Origin: Paraphysomonas bandaiensis
Taxonomy: Eukaryota; Protista; Chrysophyceae
DNA length: 64,000 bases
NCBI GenBank assembly: GCA_965644295.1
Contig: CBFFRP010000410.1
Span: forward strand, 248,001 to 312,000
Direction: 5' to 3'
Part shown: in pieces, positions 12,622 to 26,296 of the stretch
Layout of the letters: each line of letters begins with the position of its first letter
Numbering within the stretch: position 1 is the first letter of the stretch
Position numbers and translations under genes: made by a program
The notes under the pieces: generated by a model
Seen by the model: the letters and a program-made list of their open reading frames with translations, nothing else
Databases searched by the model: none
Told to the model about the DNA's origin: nothing

Positions 12622-12916
12622 TGTGCAACACGTAGAAACACAGAAAGTCGTAAATTTCCAAATAGAAACTTAACGAAATAGCAATAATGACAACCAGCTG
12701 GGACACTCCTATATAAGGGTATTCCTTATAGATTTACTAAAATGTTAGGGTGAGTCTTATTGAGGAATGTCAGTAAGTCTTGATGTTGTGTTCAATGTAA
12801 AGATATCGAATTCAAATTTCAAAAAAGAAGAGATTTCAGTTATCATTACCGGAAACCGGCCCTCGGGGCCCCACAAACCAACAAAAAACAGCCACTCCAA
12901 TATAATCAAATCGCAT

Positions 12917-13045
12917 ATCTTAGTTTTCGGAAATAAATTGAAGCAAATATACTCTATATATCTGCATTAAAACTACAGCTGGAATACAGATAAGTTTTGT
13001 CTCAATATTAGAGGCATCTTCGAACAAAATATACAAAAAGGATGC
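12917..13045 (+). repeat. Dispersed ~130-bp repeat, copy 1 (copy 2 at 58308-58436)
   Basis: Shared TCTTAGTTTTCGGAAATAAATTGAAGCAA...GAATACAGATAA...TTGTCTCAATATTAGAGGCATCTT...AAGGATGC. Confidence 0.85.
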
Positions 13046-13169
13046 GAATACGAATGCAAAAGATATGAAGAACAATGACATCTCCCTTTTAAACCAATAG
13101 CATGGAAGCAGTAGATAGAGATAGCAATATTGACGTGTCTTCCAATCAAGTTCCGAAGAGGTTGCAAGG

Positions 13170-15181
13170 TTGCCCTGTAAATACAAGAAGTTCTGTTGCC
13201 TACAAATAAAGAATCTCATCACATCAGAGCAAAAGAGTTGGCTATTCAGAGAAGTCGAAGGGTTAAACGGCCTGAGAGAAGACCAAATATGTACAAAGAA
13301 AGGACTTATTCGCCGATATAAACTACATAAGAGTTTCTTTTACAACAAGAATTCATACACGGCTAAGGAACGACCAAAGAACGAGGGCGATAGGCAATGG
13401 CATCCAAACCCAGTCAATTGAAAGCAATTAAAGAAGAATTTTGACAGTGATGAGAAGTAATTTGGATGAGTGCAGCTACAATGACTTGCGACATTTGATT
13501 GGTGAGCAGGATCGCGTTGATAAGAGGAAGCGAGGAATTATACATCCTGAAGACGATGGAAAGTTAGTATCTCACGAGGTGGCCAATGGGTTCATCAAAC
13601 GACATAAGCTAGATGTTGGAACAAAACAGGCATGCAAGGATGCCAGCGTAAAAGCCTGTAAATGTCCTCTGATGTCATATATGTGGTATTTAATTTGTTA
13701 TACTCTGTCAGCTACATTGCAAGCCTGTTGTAAGTTGAATGCGGATGCATCGGCCTTTGTCTTTGATTACGCTGTAACATGTGGTAAATATCACAAAAAA
13801 CAATTAGATTGATGCATACAGAGGAGTATGAATATATATCTGATGACTCTGTCCGAGTGAAAGCAACTCAAAAGGGCAAGTCCAAAAGTAGCACTTCTGA
13901 TATGCTCCTGTTTGCTATTAAATTCATGCACATGATCAATGCTTCCGGCGAGACAGCACCCTTTGTCGTAATATTAGCTTTAAAAAGCATGAGTGATGAA
14001 GAGTGGCATGTCGAAGAGGTATTAGGATTAGTTTTATCCAACCACATTGGGGCAAAGGGATATATATACTTCAGTAGGACAAGGTGTGGAACCAAGGCAA
14101 TGTGGAAGGACTATTTTTGCCGAGTTGTCATACCGACAATCAAGGTGTCGAATGCCATACATAAGCCGGTTAGTGCTGATGGATCCCCAATGAGAAATTT
14201 TTTAGTACGGATGGAGAAGATACTATTATATCGAATGCCTATGAGGATGAAGTGCGTGGATGGTTCGATGCTGTTCTGACCGACTATGGCCGGGTGGGTG
14301 CTGGTCTAACAGGTATTCATAATGCTTGTGATCGTCAGTACACATTTCGTGGAATTACTAGATTTATTCGATCATTCCTTTTCAAAGGCGAGGTGGTATT
14401 TAACAGGCAACTGGTAAGTGGTATACGAGCAGCATTTGATCGATTATGTCTACATATCCGTCCGTTCTTTTTGGATGTGGTCTTCGAGACAACTATGAGC
14501 AGGGCTTGTTAGTGTTATGTCATGCGTTTGATAATGTCATGACTCGAAATGTAGTTGCTGCCGGTTTTGCTTGCTATGGTCAGGATTACCCACCTGATGA
14601 GAACGGCGTCACTGTAGATTTTGAGAAAATGATGGATCAGTGTTACACGGACATCTCAGAAGAGCAATTGGAATTAATGAAACGTGCTGTTCCGACGTTG
14701 TCCGAATTTGTAAAACTTTGTGGAACTGTTACTTACCCTGAGATGATTGCTCAGGGTATATCACCGGGGACTTACGAGTATCAACAGAGCCGACCAGACC
14801 CATATCTGTCATTGGTCTGAAGTAGTGAGTCACGAGAGCGTTGTTGCAAGGTATCGGGAGGAAATGGCTTCAAGAGATCCTCCTGAAAGAAAACGGCGTG
14901 CAGCAGAGCTCACGCTCATGAGAGAAGAGGACCGCTGTGCTAAAGCCGTAAGAGTACAAGAAGAAAGAAGACGCAAGAAGGCGGCCAATATCATTGCTAA
15001 AGAGAAAGAGAAGCAACGGTTGGCCTTATTATCCGCGGCAGAAAAGGTAGCTGAAAGGAAAGAAAAGCAAGCTGCTAAGACATCTTTGAAAGCAGAAAAG
15101 GAAGAAGTTCGCATGAAACAAGTGAATGATACGCATCATGTACTACCAAATCTAACAATTACGAGGTGGCTTTTGATTTAA
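13170..15181 (+). pseudogene. Frameshifted Tc1/mariner-superfamily (pogo/DDE_1-like) transposase
   Basis: Five overlapping ORF pieces carry LNADASAF (D1), MINASGETAPFVVI, FSTDGE (D2, in the alternative frame at ~14200), LTGIHNACD (D3, T..QPLD-like), VVAAGFACYG and a KE-rich tail. Multiple frameshifts. Confidence 0.65.
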
Positions 15182-16457
15182 CATTCGGAATATTTTTTTA
15201 TATTTTACGTTCATTACCGTTTTGTTGATTACTTTCCTGTGATATTGTATAATTATTCATTAACTTAATGATCATTTGCTTTTTCACTATATTGGACATT
15301 AATACTCTCAGTGGTATGTAGTGTAATACACGTGTTGCAGTATGAAACAAATAACGGAATAATAATATGGTAGAATATGGTGTGTTTCTTCTTCAATTCG
15401 TGGATATCTGATTTCTAGATACATACAAAGGCAGGAATGAAACTAATTTAATTAGCTATTATATATAGGCACACGGAAACGTTACACAATCAATCAAGAA
15501 CCTATACTATACAAGGCAGGACTAACATAAATACAAGTTGCATCGCGAACCTACTGTACATGGTACGTAGTCATCAAGCAGACGTGATGATCTCTGTGAG
15601 TGGTGTTGCATTCCGGAAAAGCCAGGGAGATCAAATGGCAATTCCTATAGGGCGATAGTGGAGTGACATCTACACTCCACGTAGAGCACGCAACGAAGTA
15701 AACATACGCCAATAGGTTACTTTTAACAAGCCAGAGAGATTATTCAAGCTGTATTGGAGGAAAGTAAATAATCTTCGATGTAGATTCTCTACCTACAGTC
15801 ACTCTATGACATAAGGACTCAGTCCGCTATTATGAGGTTATATACATAATATATACACTATAGACAGAGTATTAACATTCCCGAGCCTTCATATGAAAAC
15901 ACACACCACATCACATAGAGTCAATGTCTCTAATTATCTCCATTCTTACCAGTGTAAAGTGCAAGTGAAGGCTTTACGGAGCACAGCGGATGGACACCAG
16001 GCAACACTGCCGACACAGTTGTTCACCTCACATTGCTGGTTGAAAGCAGCAGTAGTATGGAAGAGCGGAGAGGTGTCTTTATGATACGAACATTCGTGCA
16101 TACGAGGGACATGGCGTTGTATGTGTTAGTTGATTGGGTGTGTAGTTATTGAAGGAATAAGGTGGTTTATTGACGGTCATATGGGACTGTTTGGTTTTTG
16201 GGGGGCCCGATTTATCAGGTTTGTGGGTTTTTGTATATAAAAATCATATAAAATGAAGTTCCGTTTTGTCTTTTCAGTTTTTGATAAATATCTCCCTAAA
16301 ATAGCGGTTTTAAAAGACAGACAAATAAGAAGTAAGACAATTAAATAAAGTGAACTTCGACTTCGTTTATTATGCGTGTATGATAGTATGATAACTGCAT
16401 GTCGTATATGAATTTTTGTATATTGAGATGATAGTACGAGTGAGAGATCTCATATAA

Positions 16458-19400
16458 ATGGCTTTACTTCTTCGTGTTGCTGTCTATTTATTAGGGATAG
16501 TGTCAGTCATATCCATAGCTGATACGGAGATATATATACCTCAAGGTAACGACATTCGTATGTTATATATGACCATGTAAATCTAGTTCACAGGCCCTAT
16601 ACTCGAAGAGTTTGATATTGATCTCAACTATGGTGGGTTAGTGTTGTATTTTGATCAGCCAGTGCTTGCCAATACACTGGACATAGACAAGATATCACTA
16701 CAAGCCAATGCATCTATTCAAAGCGACACTGCTTTTCATTTCACTGAGAGAGTGTTTAATAACCTCACAGCGCAGGGAAATACAACTGATGTTTATTTCT
16801 ATATGAGTGCTGATGACTTTGCACGACTGACGGTTCATCCTCAGATTGCCAAGTCTCGAGATCAGACATACATATCGATTGATTTTGGAGCATTTAATTC
16901 GTCTATCGGTGTTCCTTCAGAAGAAATAAATAGTACTCATGCATTGAAAGCATCAGGTTATGTCGAAGACACGTCACAGCCATACGTGAAGCAGTTCGCC
17001 CTTGATATGAATGATGGTATCCTCACTATAGACTTTTCTGAGCCTATGAATGTGTCATCTTTCACTCTTGAAGGTCTTGCTTTACAGCGAGTAAGAAATG
17101 CTCTCTACGATAGTTCTTATGTGCGGCTCATAGAAAGGGCAGGATGTGCGTCTGGAGATGACTATCAGCGACGCATTGTTTGCACGTTGGGTGTTGAAAA
17201 CATGAATGAAATCAAAAAACTTCCGAAACTGTGCACTATGGCTTCGAATACTTATCTTTCTGCATGGAAATCATTTGTTAGTGATCTCTCGGGTTCATCT
17301 GTTGCAATTGAGGGGTTTGAACGGATATTCGGTATGCGTACTGTGAATTTCACCTTAGATACGACTAACCCTACACTTGACTCGTGGGACCTCGATCTGA
17401 ACACCGGGCGCATCACCCTTCATTTTTCAGAGACTATATATATGCCGCTGTTCAACTATAGTGGTGTCATACTATGCAACAACGATACGTTGAATGGAAG
17501 TACTGTAACTATGCGTGTGGACGATCCGCTGGTGACATCATATGCTAGCACTGAGGATGTGGTAATTCAGCTGAATAGCTATCAATTCAACATCATCAAG
17601 TATCACGAAAATATTGCCACAGGAAGTGGGAATGATACATACCTTATCCTCGAGCCCTACCTTGCTGTTGATTATGCTGCCATAGCCAACCGTTATCAAG
17701 GATTGGATGCCTCCGTGTCCAATGCCCGCAGAGTATCGAACCTCACTCTGGACACAATATCTCCTGATCTGGACCATGCAGAAGTGGACATGACTGATAT
17801 GACACTTACTCTTGTATTTACTGAAATTGTAGATATAGCCACCATTTCGATGAGGGAGTTCCAGCTGCAGTCCTCTGCGGAAGTGTACGATGACACTGAG
17901 ACTTATCAGTTTCCGGATGCCAGTGTGCTTGTGACCAGTGAAGATAGTACAACCATTATTTTCTCACTCGAGGAGGTGTTTGCAAACTTAAAAGTGTTAT
18001 CTCGACTTGGAAGGAGAGCTGAGTCAACTTTTGTGGCTTACACCTACCGCTTTATTGATGATCAAAGCGGTAATGACGTAGTGGAGATCCCTACGAAGCG
18101 TGCTCGTCAGGTAACAGTGTTCTACCCAGACATTAACCCACCATCAGTGGTTTCATGGTCAATTGATATGAGCATCGACAGACTAGCGTTATCATTCACT
18201 GAACCCATCGAGGTTAATTCTTTCGATGTTACCCAGTTGATATTACAGAGTAGTGCCACAGCGAATCCTGCGAATTCTTACGTGAAACTAACCGAGTCAT
18301 CTGTTGTCGATGAAAATGTCCTGAACGACGTATATATAGTACTCTCTTATGAAGATGCGAACAGTGTGAAGCGCACGGCTGATTTATGCAAGTCGAACAG
18401 CACGTGTTTTCTTTCCTTTGGGTCTCACTTGGGGTATGATGTGTCTACCTACTCACTGAGCGGGGAAGAGTTCCATAGCCCGATAGATCCCCTAGATTAT
18501 GCACTTCAGCCTTCTTTGTATGTTCCTGACACAAGGCCGCCCATTTTGCTCTCTTTCGAAGTAAACTTAAATTGTGGTCAATTTGTTATGTATTTTTCGG
18601 AACCTGTGAATACGAGAACAATCGATCCTACTGGAATCGTTCTTCACGAGTTTAATGCGACATCATCTTCCAGTTTTTCCACTCTGTCGAGCAAAGCATT
18701 CAGTCAATATACAGAAACAGATTCCGAAGTTATTACGCTGGTCCTCACAAGACCTAAGTTTTATTCAATAAAGAAGCAGGCAATATTCAGTCAAAATTAT
18801 CCCCTCTGGATAACTCTTACCAACAACACTTTCTTTGATAGTGCAGGCAATTACTTAGATGGATCTTTGTCGGGCACTGGTTCAAGCAACAGTGTTTTAC
18901 AAGGAGGAGGAGAGCCGGCTTTCATATCTCCCACGTTATATCGAAACGATGATGATGGCCCTACTATTGTAGCGATGAGTAGGTCTGCTGATGATGATAA
19001 TATGACGATATATTTTAACGATGCAGTCGACGTGAGTTCTTTCGTTCGATCTAAAGTTCGTATAGCCTCTTTTGAAGCCATAAAAACTGTTCCACTCACA
19101 CTGTCTCATGTGTTGTCAGAAAATATTTCAGATTACAAGATAGTGGTATCTTTGGCACCGATGACATCCGTAATTGCTGCAACACCACCAATTAATACCA
19201 ATCAAGAAAACTCCTATGTGTACCTTGAGACCAGCTCAGCCATATGGGATGCTTATAATAACCCGAATTCGGCAATGCCGCCGAATTCAGCTGTCCGTAT
19301 GGGTGGAGCGTTATTATACTTCACATTGGATGTAGATAATGGTATTCTCTCGTTCGAATTGGTTTACCCTATTACCATATCACTCAACGATATCGTACCG

Positions 19401-22400
19401 AGCGATTTCTTGCTGATTAACTCTCAATCAGGTCTGCAATACACTTTCATAAATTTCAAGACTATTGTGAGATCTCCTGACGGATATTGCATTGACGTAT
19501 ATATGTCTGAAAATGATGTTAGCAATATCAAGTCATCGCGAATAGTGTCGTCACGATCTGTCATGAAGCTCCAAGTTGAATCTTCGGCAATCACTGATTC
19601 ACTCGGTCTAGAGCTTAACGCCACCACAGTATTACCATGTGCACAGCTGAAGTCTGATAACATTCGTCCGCAAGTAGTGTCCTTTTCGATTAATATGGGA
19701 ACGGGAATCATGACAATCACTTTTTCTGAGCACATTGTCGTGGCTTCCATTGATCTTACGAAGTTAACTCTTGCGGATGCGGCATCCAATGCGAACAATA
19801 CTCTCACTTTGAAAAATTCCGAGCTATCCTCGATTACTGCGGCGCTATCGACTACCACTACGGTTATGATTAACCTAAGCACTGGTGTCACTCGCCCAAC
19901 TGATCGTGATCGTATTCATCTTTCGGAGGCAATCGCGTTGAGTGCGGACTCAACATATCTTATTGTTGAAGACGGCTTTGTTCACGATGCGTCGAATACC
20001 CCCAATTATGTGGAGCCAATTACTGAAAATGCTGCGCTACACGTTGATACACTGTCACCAGATACGACTCCTCCAAAGTTACTGAATTATGAACTAAATT
20101 TAGCAGAGCGGACGATAACGCTGACATTCAATGAAGCTGTTAACGCATCCACTAACAGGGTGTACCTTTATACCTTACTGGCTAATCCTAGTTATCCTAC
20201 AGTTGACTTGTACACTTTAACTGACTCGTCTCAAACATCGCCGGCTACCCTGGCTTATGAGGCAACATCAGTAATCGTGATTGATCTCTCAGAAGAAGAT
20301 GTTGACAATATTATGCTGCAGTATCCAAACTTATGCACATCACCGAGTAACACGCACTTAGCTTTTCCGACTGGAACTATCAAGGATATTGCCTTTTCGT
20401 CCAACTCTATTGAACGGGTTTTTGAAGTGTTCGCAATGCGGGTTTCCCAATATGTTCCTGATACTACGTTGCCGACCATAATGCATTTCGATGTATCCAT
20501 TGAGTCCAGGGAGATTTCTTTTCTTTTCAACGAAATGATTGACTGTTTTGCGACTGATGTGGATAAAATATCGTTTCAAAGTACAGAATTCATTGGAACT
20601 CTCTCTGAACGTTATACTCTGCAATCCAGCTCCACGAGTCTCATTAACTGTGAATCACATAACTACATCACTCGATCGGTAACTCTTGAAATAGGCCGAG
20701 AGGATATTGTGCGGATCAAAACTTATAACAAGTTACTGAAGTCTGGTGCGGCATCCAACCTTTATTTACAGAGTGGGGCATTTGTTGATGTCACTGGAAA
20801 TGGTATTGCTGCCATACCTGATGGTCACACACTACCCGTAAGAAATTACACCAGTGATAGCACTCGACCAAAGTTATTGGGATATACTGTTAATGAGCAA
20901 AAACATCTACGATTACGTTTCAGCGAACCAATGATGCGTAGGAGCTTTGATGTTACACAAATTTCCTTACATAATTCACGAAGCCCCTCCATTTCGTACC
21001 AGCTTACCCAATCAGCGACATCTATTGTGTTTGTAGACGAAAATCTGTTGACAATAACACTATCCCTGCATACGGATTATGATAACATTGATGGATATAC
21101 TGATATTTTTACAGCACAAAGCACCTGCTATTTGAGTATCACTGATGATTGTGTGAATGATATGGCTACCAATCCTGTGATTGAGATACCTGTTTCTCGT
21201 GCTCTCAATGTTGGACCAGCAGTTGTTGACTGGGACCTGGATTTGAACTCTGGTGAGATATCTGTCTACTTTTCAGAGAGAGTAAGAACCAACTTCACGA
21301 TAAATGGAATTGCCATACAGAACAATCAGACTGATCCTACAGTGGCTGTGACTTTCACAGAAACAAATCAGTTTGTTTCGCCATTGAACAATACCTTTTT
21401 TGATGAAGACACTGCCTTCGTAGTTACGCTATCGAGTGCAGACATTTCCAAGCTCAAGTTGTCTGGGCTACTTAATCCGTCTGGAGAAAATATGTTTTTG
21501 TACTCACCGCCTGGTCTGACAGCTTCACCGGTAACAACCACTGTTGTCCCACGTTTATTGTCGACTGAAACATTCTTTGCTCTTCCAATTGGATCTTATA
21601 CCTCTGATTCTACCGGGCCAGTTGTTCTGTCGGTTGTTCTTGACCTCAATGAAGGATATATCACATTGGTATTTGATGAACCAGTAATGGGCTCGTCATT
21701 AGATGTGACAAAGATCTCCCTACTCTCTAATAGCTATGGGAACTCTATCATGTTGACCTCCAGTGATAACGAAAACTTAATGAACTCATCTATCATCAAA
21801 TTCAATATGAGCACTGCGGATTTAAATGCTGTAAAAACGGCTTACATCGATGGCACACTGGACAAAATTATGTGTCATGTTAGTTTTATAACGGATTTGT
21901 TTGGAAACTATCCATCTGGTGACGATGACTTGGAAGGCCAGAGTTTCATTGTCGATATCACTTCATTTGTGCCTGATTCAACTCCTCCTGAGCTGGTTGG
22001 TTGTACCCTTTTTATGAGCACGAATACGATTGACGTTGCATTTAATGAAATTGTAGATATCTCTTCAATTCAGCCTCACTATATTAGCCTTCACTCTCGT
22101 TATATATTATCTCCTAGCACCGAAAATATTACTCTATCAAACTATTCTATTGTTGAGGGAGACTTGGCCCAGCGGGATAGTAACATCACCATAAACATGG
22201 GATTGCTTCGATATGATGCCTTCCAGGTTCAATCACATTCGTCAATTGGTAAAAACACGTCAACAACTTATATTCATATAAGAAATGCCCGAGACGTGAG
22301 TGGCAACCTCCGTACAGATGAAACATTGGTCCAGTGTGTACGCATTGATAATGATATGTCTTCGCCTGTTTTGGAATCATTCGACTTCAATCCGGATGGG

Positions 22401-25400
22401 TTTGGGGATGTGCAGATATCTCTATACTTTTCTGAGGTCGTTTCGATAATATCATTTGATTGTACAGAGTTTTCGTTTGCGTCCTCAAAGTCCTCGACTC
22501 CGAGTGAAACAGTTACATTGATTCCTTCTGACTGTACCATAATTACAGGTGTCGATTCCCGTTTGATTGAATACACTGTCTCGGCGACGAAGTTCAGCAC
22601 CATTGGGAGTTCTCACAGTAATACGTGGATGTACATTCCCTCTCCTTCTACTACAGCCGATATCTCTGGGAACGTTGTAGGTAGTGTGCTATCGAGTGAA
22701 GCCTTGCCGGTTGGTCCTCAAGTAACAGGAGTTTTACTGGATATGACGATAGGCAGAGTTGATGTAATTTTCTCGAAAGATGTCGATTTATCTGCTGCAT
22801 TCAATAGCTCTGGAATCGGATTTTATTCTTCAGTGTCGTCATTATCCCATTTTTTTAACGGGACATCTAGTCTCAGCGGCTATCTACCTGGTTCAGACTC
22901 TCTGGAATTTATACTTTCGGTTAATATTGGTGTTTCTGATTTAATCAGACTTAAGAGTATAGACGTCCAAGAACATCGAGTATTCTTTTTATTATTGGAA
23001 GATGTATTTTTTGACAGTGATGGAGTGCCAACAGGATCGATTTCAAGTGGAGACAGTTTTGGTATTCAACGATTGACTGAAGATTCTGAATCACCTATTT
23101 TTTATAGTGTTGACATAGACATGTCTTTAAATACTATCACGTTTCAGTTTGATGAGCCCATACGGTTGTCATCGTTCCGTTCTGAAAAATTTGTCCTGCA
23201 GTCTGCACCAGGTACACTGGACAGTGGTTTTATTAAGTATTATGAACTCTCTGGAGGGGTGACTGATCAATATTTGGGTAGTTACTCCGTCACTGTTGTG
23301 TATTACTTAACTGACACAGACTCCGGTAGTATAAAACTCCTTGAAGGAATTGCCGATAATTCGACAACAACGTATTTGTCAGTTGAACACTCTCCACTTG
23401 AAGATATGGCTGGAAATAGTCTGGCCAGCATATTCCCGGAGAATGCCGTTCAGTTTGATCGCTTTGTTGAGGACACACTTGCACCAATTTTACTGTCGTT
23501 TACGCTAGACATGAACGTTGGAGAGCTCGAGCTATCTTTTTCTGAGCCAATAGACGCAAGTTCTGTTTACACTCCAGCAATTGTTTTGCAAAATAGATAT
23601 TCACGAGGGAAAACAATAACACGACATCAGGCCTTAACAACTAATTCATATGTCACCAGCAGTAATGGCTTTGTTATAGCGATTCAGATAGGAGAAATCG
23701 ACATGACATCTATAAAGAATACAGATAATTTGGCCCGCAGGAGGACGTCTAGCTATCTTGCTGCGTCATCCCTCGCTGCCAAAGATTTGGCTGGCAACGC
23801 AATGATTGCTATCATAGATGGTGAGGCATTAAAAGTGGAGACCTTTGTGTTCGACACAACACGCCCCACAATCACTGGAATTGGGCTGGACATGTCCGCG
23901 GAAACATTGACGTTTTATCTCTCGGAATTAGTTGAGACAGCATCAGTGGACATTTCTGCTGTCGAAATCTCGGAATATGCTGATCCTGAACTTGGGTCCT
24001 CGTACCGATTTACATCGGGATCTAATGTCCTGGTAAATAGTGAAATGCGATTTTCATCGTATATAGCGTTCAAGTTGTCTTCTCGCGATGTCAATGGCAT
24101 TAAGTGGAGGAGACCTCTGGGGTTCGACAAGAGCACAACTTATTTTTCTGTTACTCAAAATCTCTGCTACGATACGTTTAAAAACAGACTTCTCGCGGTA
24201 GATGCGTCTGCAGGAAACGCAATGCAGGTGACAAGTTATACAAACGATTTCGATCCTCCCAGCTTGCGACACTACTATCTTGATATGGATTCGTTAACAG
24301 TATATTTGGAGTACAGTGAGTCGATCTTGTTGTCAAGCATTACACTTGAACAGGGAATTTTACAGCGAACTGCAGTCAAGAGATTTGGAAATCATGTTAA
24401 CTTGAGTTACTCAACACCCCGCCTTGGCTCAGATGTTGACAGCAATATTCTGCAGATAGTAATCGATCCTATTACATCACACGAAATGAAATGGAACCGT
24501 ATTGCTGTATCAGCCGAATCAAGTTATTTTACTTGGGGCTCGGAATTTGTCGCCGACGGTTTTGGTAACTATATTGTACCTCTATGGGATGGAAGCGTGT
24601 TAGGTAAGTTGCATGCACTTCATCCTATCATTAGTTCTGATATTAAGTTTCTAGACAATCATCCGATATTGCCTGAAGTTTACAATCCAGATGTAACTTC
24701 TCCAATATTGGTGAAGTGGTTTTTAGATCGCGCTAACCTCAGAATATATATGCAGTTTTCAGAGCCGGTGTCAATGCTGCGTTGCACTGGAATTAGTATA
24801 AGTTCGTCGAGTATAAATATGACGCTCGATACATGCAGCCCTCAGTATACTGAATTCGGTGTGAAGTTAATATTTAACTTGCTGGATGAAAGCGACACAT
24901 GTGACAGATGTCCTGCCGATGACATGTCGTATATTTCAGATGATGGAGAGTCTCTGTTTGCAGAAAATGTTGTTTCTACTTTGGACAATTCACTCGATCA
25001 ATTATATTTATCGATTGAGAGTAATACATTTGTTGACTTGGCTGAAAGCGCAAACTTCTTTGTCGAAGATTTTGACCGTTTAGAAAGCGGACCAGGTTTA
25101 TCATTTATCAATAATTTTGTGTTGGCACTAATTCTATAATTTAGAATGTGGTCCATGTGACGAGGGCACATTCTTGCTTAGTAATTGTACAACTGCGGAG
25201 GATCGAATCTGTGCTACTTGCTCGCAGTGTGGAGTAAGAGAGTGGGTAGTAAGCGAATGTACACTGGAGCATGATACGAGTTGTTTAGGTTTGTGCGCAA
25301 TAGACATTAATATAAAATATGTGCTTAACCATTATTATTACAGCGTGTTCCGATTGCCCATACGGAACGTACATTTCTTCACCTTGTCAGCAACGAGCTG

Positions 25401-25746
25401 ATACAGAATGTAAAACGTGCACTCAATGTGGTGCACTTGAATTCCAGTCTCGGGAATGCACGGCAGGGAAGGATGCCTTGTGCGATAGCTGCGAGCACTG
25501 CACTTTCACAGATGAGTACGTGGCACTAGCATGTCAGTCGGAGAAATATTTCTGGTGGAGTAGACAAAACTGTTGCCATACTAAAGAAGGAACCCAGGTA
25601 CTATTATATTTTTCTCTCTCTATGCACTCAACGTATGCAATCAGGTGCCGTGTGAAATTTTAGATTTGATGGAAATGCAGATAACCTTAACAGACGGAAT
25701 GAATCATCATGTTTTTGATACGACATCGCCGCATGTTGTGTCGTAG
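16458..25746 (+). CDS. Giant (~3,010 aa) secreted protein with ~20 tandem Ig-like beta-sandwich repeats and C-terminal TNFR-like cysteine-rich repeats
   Basis: Signal peptide MALLLRVAVYLLGIVSVISIA. Exons 16458-16545, 16594-24603, 24655-25095, 25145-25288, 25344-25597 and 25645-25746 sum to 9039 nt (in frame). Recurring DTTxPxLxxFxLDxxxGxLxLxFSEP every ~130 aa; C-terminal CxxCxxGxF/YxxxxCxxxxDxxC repeats. Confidence 0.88.
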
Positions 25747-26296
25747 TTGTTAATTGTGATGTAGACGTTTTGTATTTTAGTACGAAGTAGTAAATTATAA
25801 TGTTGATTTCTGAGAAAGAAGTTCTTTCATCGAGTATATATTGAATTTTAATTGATATTCATCAATGTGTGGAGGGGTGCAAACTAGTTGCGTATAATAT
25901 GCACAAGCCGACATTATTTCGGCTGATAATTCAACAACATACAGACTTGCAAGAAAGAAATATTCATGCCACATTTATAATTTATACTCTTGTGATTTTG
26001 TGCCAAGGGCGGGGAGTGCCCCAGCTAATGGGTTCATTAAATTTAATCCATAAAACATTTAAAAATATCAAACTCTCACATATTGTAGGCATGATTGGTA
26101 GCTTGCAGCTAATACCTGGTACACGTTTCGAAGTTGACTATCGCGCATACTATAGATTCTAATCATTATTTTCAAGCCTAGAAATATTTGTTTAAGTGGA
26201 TTATCATGATCAGTCGATATAAATATGTCATATGCCGAACTATCTAAGAAACACACAAGATGCTGTGGCGCATACATCAGGCACTCCAGTTTTATG

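Noticed and set aside
12860-16212. Possible TIR pair for the pogo relic (CGGGGCCCCACAAACC at ~12864 vs reverse complement at ~16185-16210)
   Set aside because: Similarity is short, gapped and low-complexity, and no TA TSD can be defined.
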